Part shown: positions 39,468-52,246 of the stretch, in pieces
Layout: each line of letters starts with the position of its first letter
How positions within the stretch are numbered: the first letter of the stretch is position 1
Source: Octopus vulgaris
Lineage: Eukaryota
Direction: 5' to 3'
Assembly (NCBI GenBank): GCA_951406725.2
Contig: OX597818.1
Span: 139,066,001-139,130,000 of the forward strand
Length of the DNA: 64,000 nt
The notes under the pieces: model-generated
The model's input: the letters and a program-made list of their open reading frames with translations, nothing else
Databases searched by the model: none
Told to the model about the DNA's origin: nothing
Program-made: the position numbers and the translations under genes

Positions 39468-41581
39468 CTATTACCTATTTCTAAAACATTAGAGCCTGGA
39501 AGGAAGTCTTACTCTCAGATTATAGGTCTGGTACCAACGTATCTCACACAGTGGATATTGTTAAAACTATTACCTATTTCTAAAACACTAGAGCCTGGTG
39601 GAAGGAAGGAAGTCTTACTCTCAGATCATAGGTCTGGTACCAACGTATCTCACACAGTGGATATTGTTAAAACTATTACCTATTTCTAAAACACTAGAGC
39701 CTGGTGGAAGGAAGGAAGTCTTACTCTCAGATCATAGGTCTGGTACCAACGTATCCCACACAGTGGATATTGTTAAAACTATTACCTATTTCTAAAACAC
39801 TAGAGCCTGGTGGAAGGAAGGAAGTCTACTCTCAGATCATAGGTCTGGTACCAACGTATCCCACACAGTGGATATTGTTAAAACTATTATCTATTTCTAA
39901 AACACTAGAGCCTGGTGGAAGGAAGGAAGTCTTACTCTCAGATCATAGGTCTGGTACCAACGTATCCCACACAGTGGATATTGTTAAAACTATTATCTAT
40001 TTCTAAAACACTAGAGCCTGGTGGAAGGAAGGAAGTCTTACTCTCAGATCATAGGTCTGGTACCAACGTATCCCACACAGTGGATATTGTTAAAACTATT
40101 ATCTATTTCTAAAACACTATAGCCTGGTGGAAGGAAGGAAGTCTTACTCTCAGATCATAGGTCTGGTACCAACGTATCCCACACAGTGGATATTGTTAAA
40201 ACTATTATCTATTTCTAAAACACTAGAGCCTGGTGGAAGGAAGGAAGTCTTACTCTCAGATCATAGGTCTGGTACCAACGTATCCCACACAGTGGATATT
40301 GTTAAAACTATTATCTATTTCTAAAACACTAGAGCCTGGTGGAAGGAAGGAAGTCTTACTCTCAGATCATAGGTCTGGTACCAACGTATCCCACACAGTG
40401 GATATTGTTAAAACTATTATCTATTTCTAAAACACTAGAGCCTGGTGGAAGGAAGGAAGTCTTACTCTCAGATCATAGGTCTGGTACCAACGTATCCCAC
40501 ACAGTGGATATTGTTAAAACTATTATCTATTTCTAAAACACTAGAGCCTGGTGGAAGGAAGGAAGTCTTACTCTCAGATCATAGGTCTGGTACCAACGTA
40601 TCCCACACAGTGGATATTGTTAAAACTATTATCTATTTCTAAAACACTAGAGCCTGGTGGAAGGAAGGAAGTCTTACTCTCAGATCATAGGTCTGGTACC
40701 AACGTATCCCACACAGTGGATATTGTTAAAACTATTATCTATTTCTAAAACACTAGAGCCTGGTGGAAGGAAGGAAGTCTTACTCTCAGATCATAGGTCT
40801 GGTACCAACGTATCCCACACAGTGGATATTGTTAAAACTATTATCTATTTCTAAAACACTAGAGCCTGGTGGAAGGAAGGAAGTCTTACTCTCAGATCAT
40901 AGGTCTGGTACCAACGTATCCCACACAGTGGATATTGTTAAAACTATTATCTATTTCTAAAACACTAGAGCCTGGTGGAAGGAAGGAAGTCTTACTCTCA
41001 GATCATAGGTCTGGTACCAACGTATCCCACACAGTGGATATTGTTAAAACTATTATCTATTTCTAAAACACTAGAGCCTGGTGGAAGGAAGGAAGTCTTA
41101 CTCTCAGATCATAGGTCTGGTACCAACGTATCCCACACAGTGGATATTGTTAAAACTATTATCTATTTCTAAAACACTATAGCCTGGTGGAAGGAAGGAA
41201 GTCTTACTCTCAGATCATAGGTCTGGTACCAACGTATCCCACACAGTGGATATTGTTAAAACTATTATCTATTTCTAAAACACTAGAGCCTGGTGGAAGG
41301 AAGGAAGTCTTACTCTCAGATCATAGGTCTGGTACCAACGTATCCCACACAGTGGATATTGTTAAAACTATTATCTATTTCTAAAACACTAGAGCCTGGT
41401 GGAAGGAAGGAAGTCTTACTCTCAGATCATAGGTCTGGTACCAACGTATCCCACACAGTGGATATTGTTAAAACTATTATCTATTTCTAAAACACTAGAG
41501 CCTGGTGGAAGGAAGGAAGTCTTACTCTCAGATCATAGGTCTAGTACCAACGTATCCCACACAGTGGATATTGTTAAAACT
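39468..41581. repeat. Tandem array of a 106-bp unit, ~20 copies
   Basis: Unit CTATTATCTATTTCTAAAACACTAGAGCCTGGTGGAAGG...CACAGTGGATATTGTTAAAA; the ORF track repeats every 106 bp. Confidence 0.98.
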
Positions 41582-42080
41582 CTCGCCCATCAATAGCCGA
41601 GTGATGTTGTGAAACCAGGTGACAGATTAAGTGTACCTTTTCTTCCGAATATAAATGCAGACTATTCGACGTGAATTTGCAAAGTTTCTCCTCTACCAAA
41701 TAATATCCAGACAGCCGAGCCTTGGCCGACCCAGTGCTAACGATGAATGCACTTAATGTACTGCGTGGTGGGGACTTAACCTGCAGTCACCTGATTAGTG
41801 AAGACGGTTTCCTAGCCACATTGTTGTTATGTTTACGTCTACTATTGATATTGATGGTAGAGCAGCAGTTATTTTCATAAGATGGACCGTACGAATAGCG
41901 GTGGGGAAATAATTTTCGTACTTTGGGAGACACAAGCCAGTAGTTTACTCTGCTCTGTTGCGGTGTAATAGAAAACCTCCGATACGAGATGGTGAAGTTC
42001 CAAATAAAACTTAATTTGGCGGTTCTCCTGCCAAGCAACGTAGCGTGGGCTGGCGACTAAAAAACCGCCCCACCCACGTG
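41582..42080 (+). pseudogene. Possible heavily decayed L1/Tx1-type AP-endonuclease fragment
   Basis: Motif-like remnants in the expected order across frameshifts: GGDLTC (~41767), SD(.)EMV.F.I.L (~41978), GWRL (~42046). Confidence 0.3.
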
Positions 42081-42300
42081 CAACTAACTCTGGGTTCAGG
42101 TATGTTTCACTCATTTTTCTTTTGGTACCTTAATGACCCGCTTCCTGTTACTTCTAATCAAAGACATTCCGACGCAGATGTTTTTATTGAATCAGTGTAA
42201 AGTCTGGTGCGGGGAATCTAGGTTGGATGTAGATATTGTCTCCGTACAAAAAGTGAACTGAGGGCGACAGTGAAGTGGCGTACCGCCTCTGTACGAATAT

Positions 42301-42729
42301 CTCTCTTTTACTCTTTTACTCTTTTACTTGTTTCAGTCATTTTGACTGGCCATGCTGGAGCACCGCCTTTAGTCGAGCAAATCGACCCCGGGACTTATTC
42401 TTTGTAAGCCCAGTACTTATTCTATCGGTCTCTTTTGCCGAACCGCTAAGTAACGGGGACGTAAACACACCACCATCGGTTGTCAAGCAATGCTAGAGGG
42501 ACAAACACAGACACACAAACATATACACACACATACACATATATATGTATATATATACATATATACGACAGGCTTCTTTCAGTTTCCGTCTACCAAATCC
42601 ACTCACAAGGCATTGGTCGACCCGTAGCTATAGCAGAAGACACTTGCCCAAGATGCCACGCAGTGGGACTGAACCCGGAACCATGTGGTTGGTTAGCAAG
42701 CTACTTACCACACAGCCACTCCTGCGCCT
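42301..42729 (-). mobile_element. SINE family B, full length
   Basis: AGGCGCAGGAGTGGCTGTGTGGTAAG head through the (TAAAAGAG)n tail. Confidence 0.92.
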
Positions 42730-43000
42730 ATACACAATATTTTGTTAATCTGGGGGTGCAGTTTCTTCTCCAGGATTTTGTTGAAGGAGTTTGGTCTGGA
42801 AGTTCTGAGAGTGCAAAGAATGTCATTGGATTCTAGATCTTTCTTAAAGAGTCCATATCCAACTTTAAGCACTTAGCACTTAATTTTACTTTTAACTTTT
42901 GAATAAATATGCAAGTCATGATCAAAAATTTCTAAGATTATCAATACAGAAATTTTGCGTTCATTTATGCTGTTTTTCCTATTTTTTTTTCTTCTCTGAT

Positions 43001-43382
43001 GGAAGCACTCCGTCGGTTACGACGATGAGGGTTCCGGTTGATCCGAATCAACGGAACAGCCTGCTCGTGAAATTAACGTGTAAGTGGCTGAGCACTCCAC
43101 AGACACGTGTACCCTTAACGTAGTTCTCGGGGATATTCAGCGTGACACAGAGAGTGACAAGGCCGGCCCTTTGAAATACAGGTACAACAGAAACAGAAAG
43201 TAAGAGTGAGAGAAAGTTGTGGTGAAAGATTACAGCAGGGATCACCACCATTTCCTGCCGGAGCCTCGTGGAGCTTTAGGTGTTTTCGCTCAATAAACAC
43301 TCACAACGCCCGGTCTGGGAATCGAAACCGCGATCCTATGACCGCGAGTCCGCTGCCCTAACCACTGGGCCATTGCGCCTCC
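43001..43382 (-). mobile_element. SINE family A, full length
   Basis: Near-identical to 60884; flanking direct repeat CTGTTTTTCCTATT at 42970-42983 and 43384-43397. Confidence 0.92.
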
Positions 43383-44896
43383 ACTGTTTTTCCTATTATA
43401 GACCTGGGTTATAATTTTTATTTTTGTAAAATTAACAAATAAACGACAGTCACTTTGCTTTTTTAACCTCCAGTATAGAATTTGTGAACTAGAGACAAAT
43501 TTTTAGTTACAGATGGCATGTTGTTGTTTTCGGTAACGCTGTTTCTTTCTCAAAACCTTGATGTTGCGCTTTAAACTTATTAATTTCCTCTTAAGATTTT
43601 AAATTGTAAAACCTCCCTGTATATCAATAATTTTTTCACAAGTTGTTGTGCGTGGATAATGATAACAGTAACAATATTCTTTTCTACTCTAGGCACAAGG
43701 CCTGAAGTTTTTGGAGAGGGGACCAGTCGATTAGATCGATCCCTGTACGCAACTTGTACATAATTTATCGACCTTGAAAGGATAAAAAGCAAAGTAGACT
43801 ACGATGGAATTTGAACTCAGAAAGTAAAGACACACGAAATGCCGCTAAACATTTTGGTCGGCGTGCTAACGTTTCTGCCGGCTCGCCGCCTTAATAACGG
43901 TGACAATATTAACAATAATAAAGGTAATTTTAGTGGCACAGATGGCCTTGATGAAACACTCGACTGCATTAAATAACCAGTGGCGAATGTAGAAAATAGA
44001 GGCAGGAGTGAATGTAATCTGTACTCACTCGAGGCATTTGAAAACAAAGAATAGAGATAATCTTGGTTAACAGATCTAACGAAATTTTGATTATGCTCAC
44101 ACATATGGCACAGAACTCTTGGTAAGCTTTCATTAGGTTGGATTTTTTAATGTTGTAGTTGTATCTCAAATGTTATTACTTTAAACTTTGGTGTTTTAAA
44201 ATTTAATACCAATATTTGTCATCATGACCCATTCACAAAACCCCTCTTTTTACTTTTATTTAAATAACATTGAAGACGATCTATCACTTCAAGCCACTCG
44301 TGGGAGGGTCATTACTTTTAGAAATAAACACATGCGCTGGTTCAATTTCACTTTATTAATAGTTATTTAACTAACTAACTAATCAATTGCTTACTTAATC
44401 ACCCGGTTAAGGAATCAGTTCCTGGAGTAGAGAGGGCATGACTTTGATAAGGTCGCGAAAGGCGGAAAGGACTTTGATAAACAACTGATTAATTAATTAA
44501 CCGCCGAGTGATTAAGCAAACAACCGAGTAGTTACTTATCTTATTTTATCTTCTATTACTTGCTTCAGTCATTGGACTGCAGCCATGCTGGAGCACTCTC
44601 TTGACAGGTTTAGTCGAACAAATTGACACCAGTACTTAATTCTTTAAAGCCTGGTACTTATTCTATTGGCCTCTTTTGTCAAACTGTTAAGTTACGCGTA
44701 CGTAAATAAACCACCACAGGTTGTCAAGGAGTTGGGGTATAATAAGGGATGACCACTAAGTGAACATCCAATATGCTAGAAGAAGATCGCCTACGATCTA
44801 ACCACAAAGAAAAGAATGTTCTCTAGAGAAATTCAGCAAACACCAGAACATAAGCGGGTAAGACAGATGAAAATATACAAAAAATAAAGACCGGTT

Positions 44897-44962
44897 TCGT
44901 AGACCGGTTTCGTCATTAACGATTTTACTTACGTAACATCGTCCGTGGACTCTTCAGTACGA
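44897..44962 (-). ncRNA. Type I hammerhead ribozyme with minimal palindromic stem III
   Basis: Minus strand TCGTA-CTGAAGA-GTC...ACGAT..TTAC-GTAA-GTAA.ATCGT...GAC-GAAA-CCG-GTC-TACGA. Stem I 5 bp, stem II GTC/GAC plus an extended hairpin, GTC cleavage triplet. Confidence 0.7.
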
Positions 44963-45168
44963 TCGTTCTAATTCAATATAATTTGTAGAACTATACACGG
45001 GTTGTCCTCATAAAATTTAGACGTGTGTATAGTTCTACCGATTACATTGGGGTTATTTTCAAATATCTCAGTTCTGGCGCGCTAAATCCCGGAAACAGTT
45101 CCGCAGTAGATAATTCACTGCAGTTAATGTTGCCGGTTAGAGAACATAATTATTTAAATAATATTATT

Positions 45169-45204
<36 letters not shown>

Positions 45205-46206
45205 TATGTATATGTTTATACATGTATATATACACACACATATGAATGTATGGGCATATATGTATGTATGTATGTATACATATACACGACGGATTTCTTT
45301 CAGTTTCTATCTACCAAATTCACACTCAAGGCTTTGGTTTCCCCGGGTCTATAGTAGAAAATACTTGCCCAAGATGACATTCAGTGGTGCAGAACCTGGA
45401 GCTATCTGGTTGAGAAGCAAGCTTCTTATCACACAGACACATAAAGAAGTGAAACTGAATCAGTGCCTGCTTTTATTATTGGCGTAATGATCTTCACAAG
45501 ATAGAATAAATTATTTGTAATATTTTAAAAATTGGTTCCTATTTTTATATTTTGATAATGCTGCATATTTTGATATTTCTGAAAGTTTTGAAATTCTATA
45601 TTTGACATCCAATTTTAGGATAGTTGCGCTTTCATATATATATATAAGTGTATATTTTACACTTTTTATATTTTAGATTAATATAGTTTTAAATCCCGAG
45701 ACTTTATATCCTCATATTGTATATCCTCATTTCCTAAATTCAACTAAATCGGCGTTGCAGTTTTTACAAGCTCCTATTATTATATTGATACATTAAGCGA
45801 TATTGTTCTACGTCCTTCTAACTTCTATAGTTGTCGTATCATTTTTTAATTTCCTTATCATGACTTCATTCACTTCCGTCTACATGGAGTATCGATTCTG
45901 CTTTTATGATTTTCTAAGTCACGTAATTAAATCGCCCCATCTCCATGCATTTCCTTTTGTTCCCATATTGCTCACCTCGGTCCCCTTAAATAAGTTTACC
46001 TTATTGTTTCTTACCAAGTCATTGTCTCAAACCCATTTTCATATAACATACATTAAGCGCAGTGATCCGTTTTACATCGTCACACAAATCCATTATTACC
46101 GCATTCTTCAATTTCTTCAATCTACCCTTAAGTTACACCCATATTTACCTTGTTTCTTTTCCTTTCCGTTTCATTTCGCTCCCTTCTAAACCCTATTATT
46201 CTCACA

Positions 46207-46338
<132 letters not shown>

Positions 46339-46571
46339 GTTATTTATAACATTTCTGGCTAACTTAATATTTTTTCTATTTAGTCTAGTTATTATGGTAC
46401 CTATACTGTAAGATCCCCACTAAAGTTTATTTTTGTTTTTGTGAAAAAAAGTATGTAAATTACATGGGATCTTACAGTAAACATCCTATCTTACCCTTCG
46501 TTTCTGCCAACTTCATTCAAAATCAATGTGGTATCTAGTAGTTGCCTGCAATCGCAACACACACACACACA

Positions 46572-46615
<44 letters not shown>

Positions 46616-47459
46616 TCCCGTCATTATCCAGAGCTTAGTCGTAATGCTACGTAGCATCTCTTTTATCATACCTCAAATAAGTTTTATAATAGCTGTAGCG
46701 GCATTCCTCCTTCATCGCTTCATTGCTCAGCCAACACCTCGTATTAATATCGAATCGTTACAATTTTGTTGCATTGTAGCCAACTATATTTGCCGTCTAT
46801 CAACACCTCATTTCCTTCATTCCTACCATTCAAGTAGTTGCATTATTAAGTCTGTACCTTTCGATACTGGAGGTTTAATTAACTAACTTGCTAATTAGCA
46901 AACAGAGAAGCTATTTATTTGCATAATATCTAATCATCCTAAAATTAATTATATTTTATTAGTCCACTCAATTCAACGAATTCAGTACATTCTTTTCTCT
47001 TCCCATTTATTATTATTTTTAAAAATCGCTTTTACCTTTTGTTTTTCATTTATCCTTATCCTCCTACGGCTCAACAAACGAGAAAGAGGGTCACTGATAT
47101 GTGTTTTGATGTATGTGTTTATACTCTGTTAATCTACTTTAAGAGGCTCTACTGGAATGCATAGCAAACAACAATCGCCCATAAAGCTCTTATATCCTTA
47201 ATCATTATCACCATGGCATTTCCCTGTGGTTTGCCCAAGAATTTTATTGCTAGTAATTTCTAATTTTACCTACAACCCAACTACATTCTAAATTATAGTT
47301 ATTTCGTTCTGGGAAAGGGTGAAGCGGCACGACTTAATGATAGTCTGATGAAGTGCCACTCCAATATATTCAACCGCACGTACAGCATAAATTTTCTGTC
47401 GGACTAGTTTACACGTGATGTGGTTAGAAACGTAGTGGTACAGAAACACTTCTAACAAA

Positions 47460-47882
47460 TAATATTGGTTTTCAGCAAATTCGGGGGCAGGGGGTAAGTC
47501 GATTACATCGACCCCCACTGCTCACTGGTACTTATTTTATCGACTTCGAAAGGAATGAAGGCAAAGTCGACCTCGGCAGAATTTGAATTCAGAATGTAAT
47601 GACAGACAAAATGCCGCTAAACATTTTGTCCGGCATGCTAACGATTCTGCCAGCTCGCCACCTTGTAACGAACAATAATGGCTTCAAATTTCGCCACAAG
47701 GGCAGCCATTTTGGGGGAGGGATGAGTGGATCACATTGACCCCAGTGTTGAACTGGTACTTATTTTATCGACTCCGAAAGGATAAAAGGTAGAGTCGACC
47801 TCAACGGAATTTGAACTCAGAGCGTAATGACCGACGAAATTCCGCTAAACATTTTGCTCGATTCTGCCAGCTCACCGCCTTC
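47460..47882 (-). mobile_element. Tandem pair of SINE family C
   Basis: Two head-to-tail diverged copies at ~47460-47663 and ~47678-47882. Confidence 0.82.
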
Positions 47883-48128
47883 TCGTAACGAATAATAATG
47901 TTATGCTACATATATTGTTCGTCTACTCTTCGAAATGCTTATATACTGATTTTTTGCTAGTGAGGTATCTTGGTGGTCCTGCGCCAGTGAACTTAGTGAT
48001 ATTTTCAAAGTTATTGAATGAGGGTGTAGATAGCCAGATGTCCGGCAATTTGCGTCAAGGACTGCGTTGGGAATACACTAATTTTCTCCCTTCTAAGGAC
48101 CTACATTATATATATATGTATATACATA

Positions 48129-49145
48129 TACGAAGGGAAGTCAAAAATTATCCGCACTTTCACCATAACATATCTTTATTATTGTCACATTGTTTTCTAC
48201 GCATGCGTGCTTATAGTTGGTACTATTGTGGTCACGTGATCAGAGTTTGAGCCGGACCGTACCATTTTATTTTTTGACTTTACAGTGTAAGCATGGCCGC
48301 TCCACTAGCAATTTTCACTAAAGAAGAACAAGAAACTGTTCTAATTGCTCTGGTCGGAAGGTGTGTCAGGTGTTGAAATTCATCCTCGGCTTCCATAAAG
48401 TCTGTGCAAGATGGGTGCCAAGAGAACTTACTACAGAGCACAAGCGCAAATGTTTTGAGGTCTGTCAACGTTTACTCGATTGCTGCAACAATGAGGGCGA
48501 GGAAATTTTGAGCAGAATAGTCACAGGAGATGAAACGTGGGTTCATCGCTTTGAGGCAGAATCCAAGACAGAATATGGAGTGGAAATATCCTGGTTTGCC
48601 AGCGACCAAAAAATTCAAGACTCAGTCTTCCACGGGAAAAGCAACGCTAACCCATTTTGGGGACTCAAAAGAGTCTATACTGGAAGACTGCCGGGAAAAA
48701 GGGGTGTACGATCAACGGTGCAAGATACAGTGCTTTGCTGGCCAGCAAACTGAAGCCAGCAATTCGCACCATAAACCGAAGACTATTGTCGAAGAAAGTT
48801 TTGTTGTTGCATGACAATGCACGCCTACACACGGCCACCCAGATCGTTGAAACCATTAACCAATTAGGTTTTGAGGTACTGAAACACCCTACCTACAGCC
48901 CAGATATCGCCCCTTCCGACTATCATATCTTTGGACCGCTCAAAGATGGTTTACGTGGTCATCGATTTCCTACGGATGAAGCGAAGTTGGCGGTACATAA
49001 ATGGTTGCACGATCAACCGAAAACCTTCTTCTTGAGGGGGTGGGGGGATATGCAAGCTTGTGGACCGTTGGAGCAAGTGCACCAAAAAGGAAGGAGACTG
49101 TATAGAAAAATAACGTACTTGTTTATCCCCTGTTTTTGTGTAAAT
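48129..49145 (+). pseudogene. Decayed mariner (DD34D) element with internal deletion
   Basis: TA|CGAAGGG left end; KVCARWVPRELT, IVTGDETWVH, LLHDNAR, HPTYSPDIAPSDYHIFGPLK spread over three frames. Confidence 0.93.
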
Positions 49146-49445
49146 ACATTGCGATTTATGTGTATAACATATAAATGTATATCTATGTATGAGGATAATT
49201 TCTGGCAGTTATTTCCACTTGTTTATATTAAACGGCTCAAGGATGTGATGAGTAGATACATATCCAAGCTGCTGCACAGTGGGACTGAACCCCAGTCTAT
49301 ATACTTGCGAAGCAAACTTCCTGACCGCACCAACGCATGCATGCATTCATACATACATACACATACATAGATACATACATACATACATACATACATACAT
49401 ACATACATACATACATACATACATACATACATACATACACATACA

Positions 49446-49477
<32 letters not shown>

Positions 49478-50365
49478 CATACATAGATACATAGATACGT
49501 ACAAACATACACATACACATGTCTGTACGTATCTATGTATATGCATACATACACATGTATGTATATGCATACACACACACATACATACATACACATACAC
49601 ATGTCTGTATGTATCTATGTATATGCATACATACACACATATAAACATAGATACATACATACACATACACATGTATGTATGTATGTATGTATGTATGTAT
49701 GTATGTATGTATGTATGTATGTATGTATGTATGTATGTATGTATGTATGTATGTATGTATGTATGTATGTATGCATGTATGCATGCATGTACGTATACGG
49801 GGAAACTAGTCATTTGCGATTTCAAGATTTGCGATGTTAAGACCGAGTGACCCGAAACGTAATGTGAAGAGTTAGGCCGGTAGAATTGTAGAGAAAAAAT
49901 TTGAAATATACAAATTTGAACGTTCCTCTAGTCTATACGTCTGTTGCAGATGGCGCCGTCTTGAATGTATGTATGAATGTATGTACACAGCACTATACAT
50001 TTGCGATTTATGTGTATAACATATAAATGTATATCTATGTATGAGGAACATTTCTGGCATTTATGTCTGTATGGTTCTTTCCACTTGTTTATATATACAC
50101 ACACACACGCACACACACTTTCTCTCTCTCTCTCTCTCTCTCCATCTCTCTTGCTACACACACACCACCATATGCACACTCCCACATACACATATGAATT
50201 TTACATTCATACACATGCGTGTAGTTATGTATGTATGTATATGTGCATATATATATATGTATGTATGTTCGTATGTATGTTTGTATGTGTGTGTATGAAT
50301 GTGTGTATGTATCTATTTATATACATACATATGTATATGTATATATACATATATGTATATGTATG

Positions 50366-50403
<38 letters not shown>

Positions 50404-51034
50404 CACACGTATTTGTACACTTTTTATAAATACGTGTGTATATATAGACATAAGCATAAATATGTATGTATATACCTGTTTCTATATACAAATATATAGA
50501 TCTATTTATATACACACACAATATATATATATATACATACATAAATATGTTCATACACATATACATACATTCATACACACATACATACAAACATTCATAC
50601 ATAAATACATACATACATACATACTTACGTACATATGTGCATATATGTATTTAACATCAATGAGTAAGAGAGAGAGAAGATGAGAATGAATATGTGAATG
50701 GATGAGAGTGAGAAAGAGAGAGTGAGTTTGTGAAAGTTATCGAAGTTTATTTGCACATGTCCTGGTTAAATTGCTGAGTTTAACGGTTCATTGACTTTGT
50801 TCCTTTGAGGATGGGGCAGCGATCGGGTGGTGGGTAGCTTTAAGTTCAATCTAATTTAGGGCGATTCCGGCTTGTACTTTAAAAGCTGGCTACGTTCATT
50901 TACACACTGTGATACACATAGAAGCATATATCCCAATGCATGTATAAACACTCCTTTGCGTATATATGTGTTTGTGTGTGTATGTGTGTGTGTCTAAACG
51001 TGCATATGCACACTAACAAAATACATGCGCATAC

Positions 51035-51415
51035 TATTTTACTTGTTTCAGTCATTTGACTGCAGCCATGCTGGAGCACCGCCTTTAGTCGAGCAAATCG
51101 CCCCCAGGACGTATTCTTTGTAAGCTTAGTCCTTATTCTATCTTATTTTGTCGAACCGCTAAGTTACGGGGACGCAAACACACCACCATCGGTTGTCAAG
51201 TGATGTTGGGAGACAAACACAAACACACACACATACACACACACGCACACACACACACATACACACACACACACATATATATATATATGTGTGTGTGTAC
51301 ACATATACGACGGGCTTCTTTCAGTTTCCGTCTACCAAATCCACTCACAAGGCTTTGGTCGACCCGAGGCTATTGTAGAAGACACTTGCTCAAGGTGCTA
51401 CGTAGTGGGAACGAA
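51035..51415 (-). mobile_element. SINE family B, head truncated
   Basis: Matches family B tail and body. Confidence 0.85.
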
Positions 51416-51562
51416 CACATATATATACACAGACAGACACACACACACACAAGTACACACCTCCACACACAAACACACACACACATCGACACACACACAC
51501 ATCGACACACACACACATCGACACACACACACATCGACACATATGCAAACGCACACATACAT

Positions 51563-52100
51563 ACACGAGAGGTCTGTCTAAAACCAAGCCGAATTTTAAA
51601 AAGCAACAAATTTGTTGCTTTGTTTACAATTTAATGAAAATTGACTCCTACAAAATAGTTTCCTTCCTGCATTCTTGATACACTAACATTTGTACCATTT
51701 TAGGAATGTATCTTGAATTTTTTTTTTAGTTTGTAGGGTAATGGGCACTTCCTATTGTGAATTTTCTTCGCTCTCATAGTTTGAAATTAGTGAACTCTCA
51801 GAATGAATTTCAACCTAAGAAAACAAAAACAGAAAGGAATCGAATCCGCAGACTAGAGCGTCAAATGAACGAGATTATTCTTACGCTTTGCCAAAATGTC
51901 ACGCAGAACGTACAATACGTGAAACGCTGGGTTGTTTTGGTGCACAACACAAGTCCTGTCAAAAGGCTTCTCCATGTCAAAAGACCCTTTCTTTTGCTCT
52001 GCCTCTCTAAGACCTCCCACGACATCCAAGTGAATTTCTTTATTGTTCATCTAATCGCTCGGAACAGATTCATGAGAAACCATATCCTTCCAGTGAAGAG
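51563..52100 (-). pseudogene. Old mariner transposase 3' fragment
   Basis: NKEIHLDVVGGLREAEQKK...VVHQNNPAFH...LRDILAK parallels the mariner pattern LREA.RKKR...LHHDNAPAH...FLAK; TIR-like CGAGAGGTCTGTC at ~51566. Confidence 0.6.
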
Positions 52101-52173
52101 GAAAAACAAAATGAAAAGAAAAACATTGAACAACATCACTATCACAGTTGTTTTTGGACGCTGCTATATGTCA

Positions 52174-52246
52174 GGTTTCGTGGTGTAGTGGTTATCACGT
52201 CTGCTTCACACGCAGAAGGCCGCGAGTTCGAGCCTTGCCGAAACCT
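52174..52246 (+). tRNA. tRNA-Val(CAC)
   Basis: Acceptor stem GGTTTCG/CGAAACC, D arm GTG/CAC, anticodon arm TCTGC-TTCACAC-GCAGA, T arm GCGAG-TTCGAGC-CTTGC; T7 Pol III terminator 6 nt downstream. Confidence 0.9.

Noticed and set aside
39880-39950. Hammerhead in the minus strand of the 106-bp unit (CTGAGAG-TAAGAC...GTTTTA-GAAA)
   Set aside because: The core is CUGAGAG, not CUGANGA, and stems I and III do not form convincingly.
39468-41581. 106-bp array as a CRISPR array or repeated 65-aa gene
   Set aside because: Units are wholly identical with no unique spacers or cas genes. 106 is not a multiple of 3 and the frames hit stops.
46404-46479. 14-bp inverted repeat TACTGTAAGATCCC/GGGATCTTACAGTA
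   Set aside because: Real, but too short and isolated to assign a function or family.
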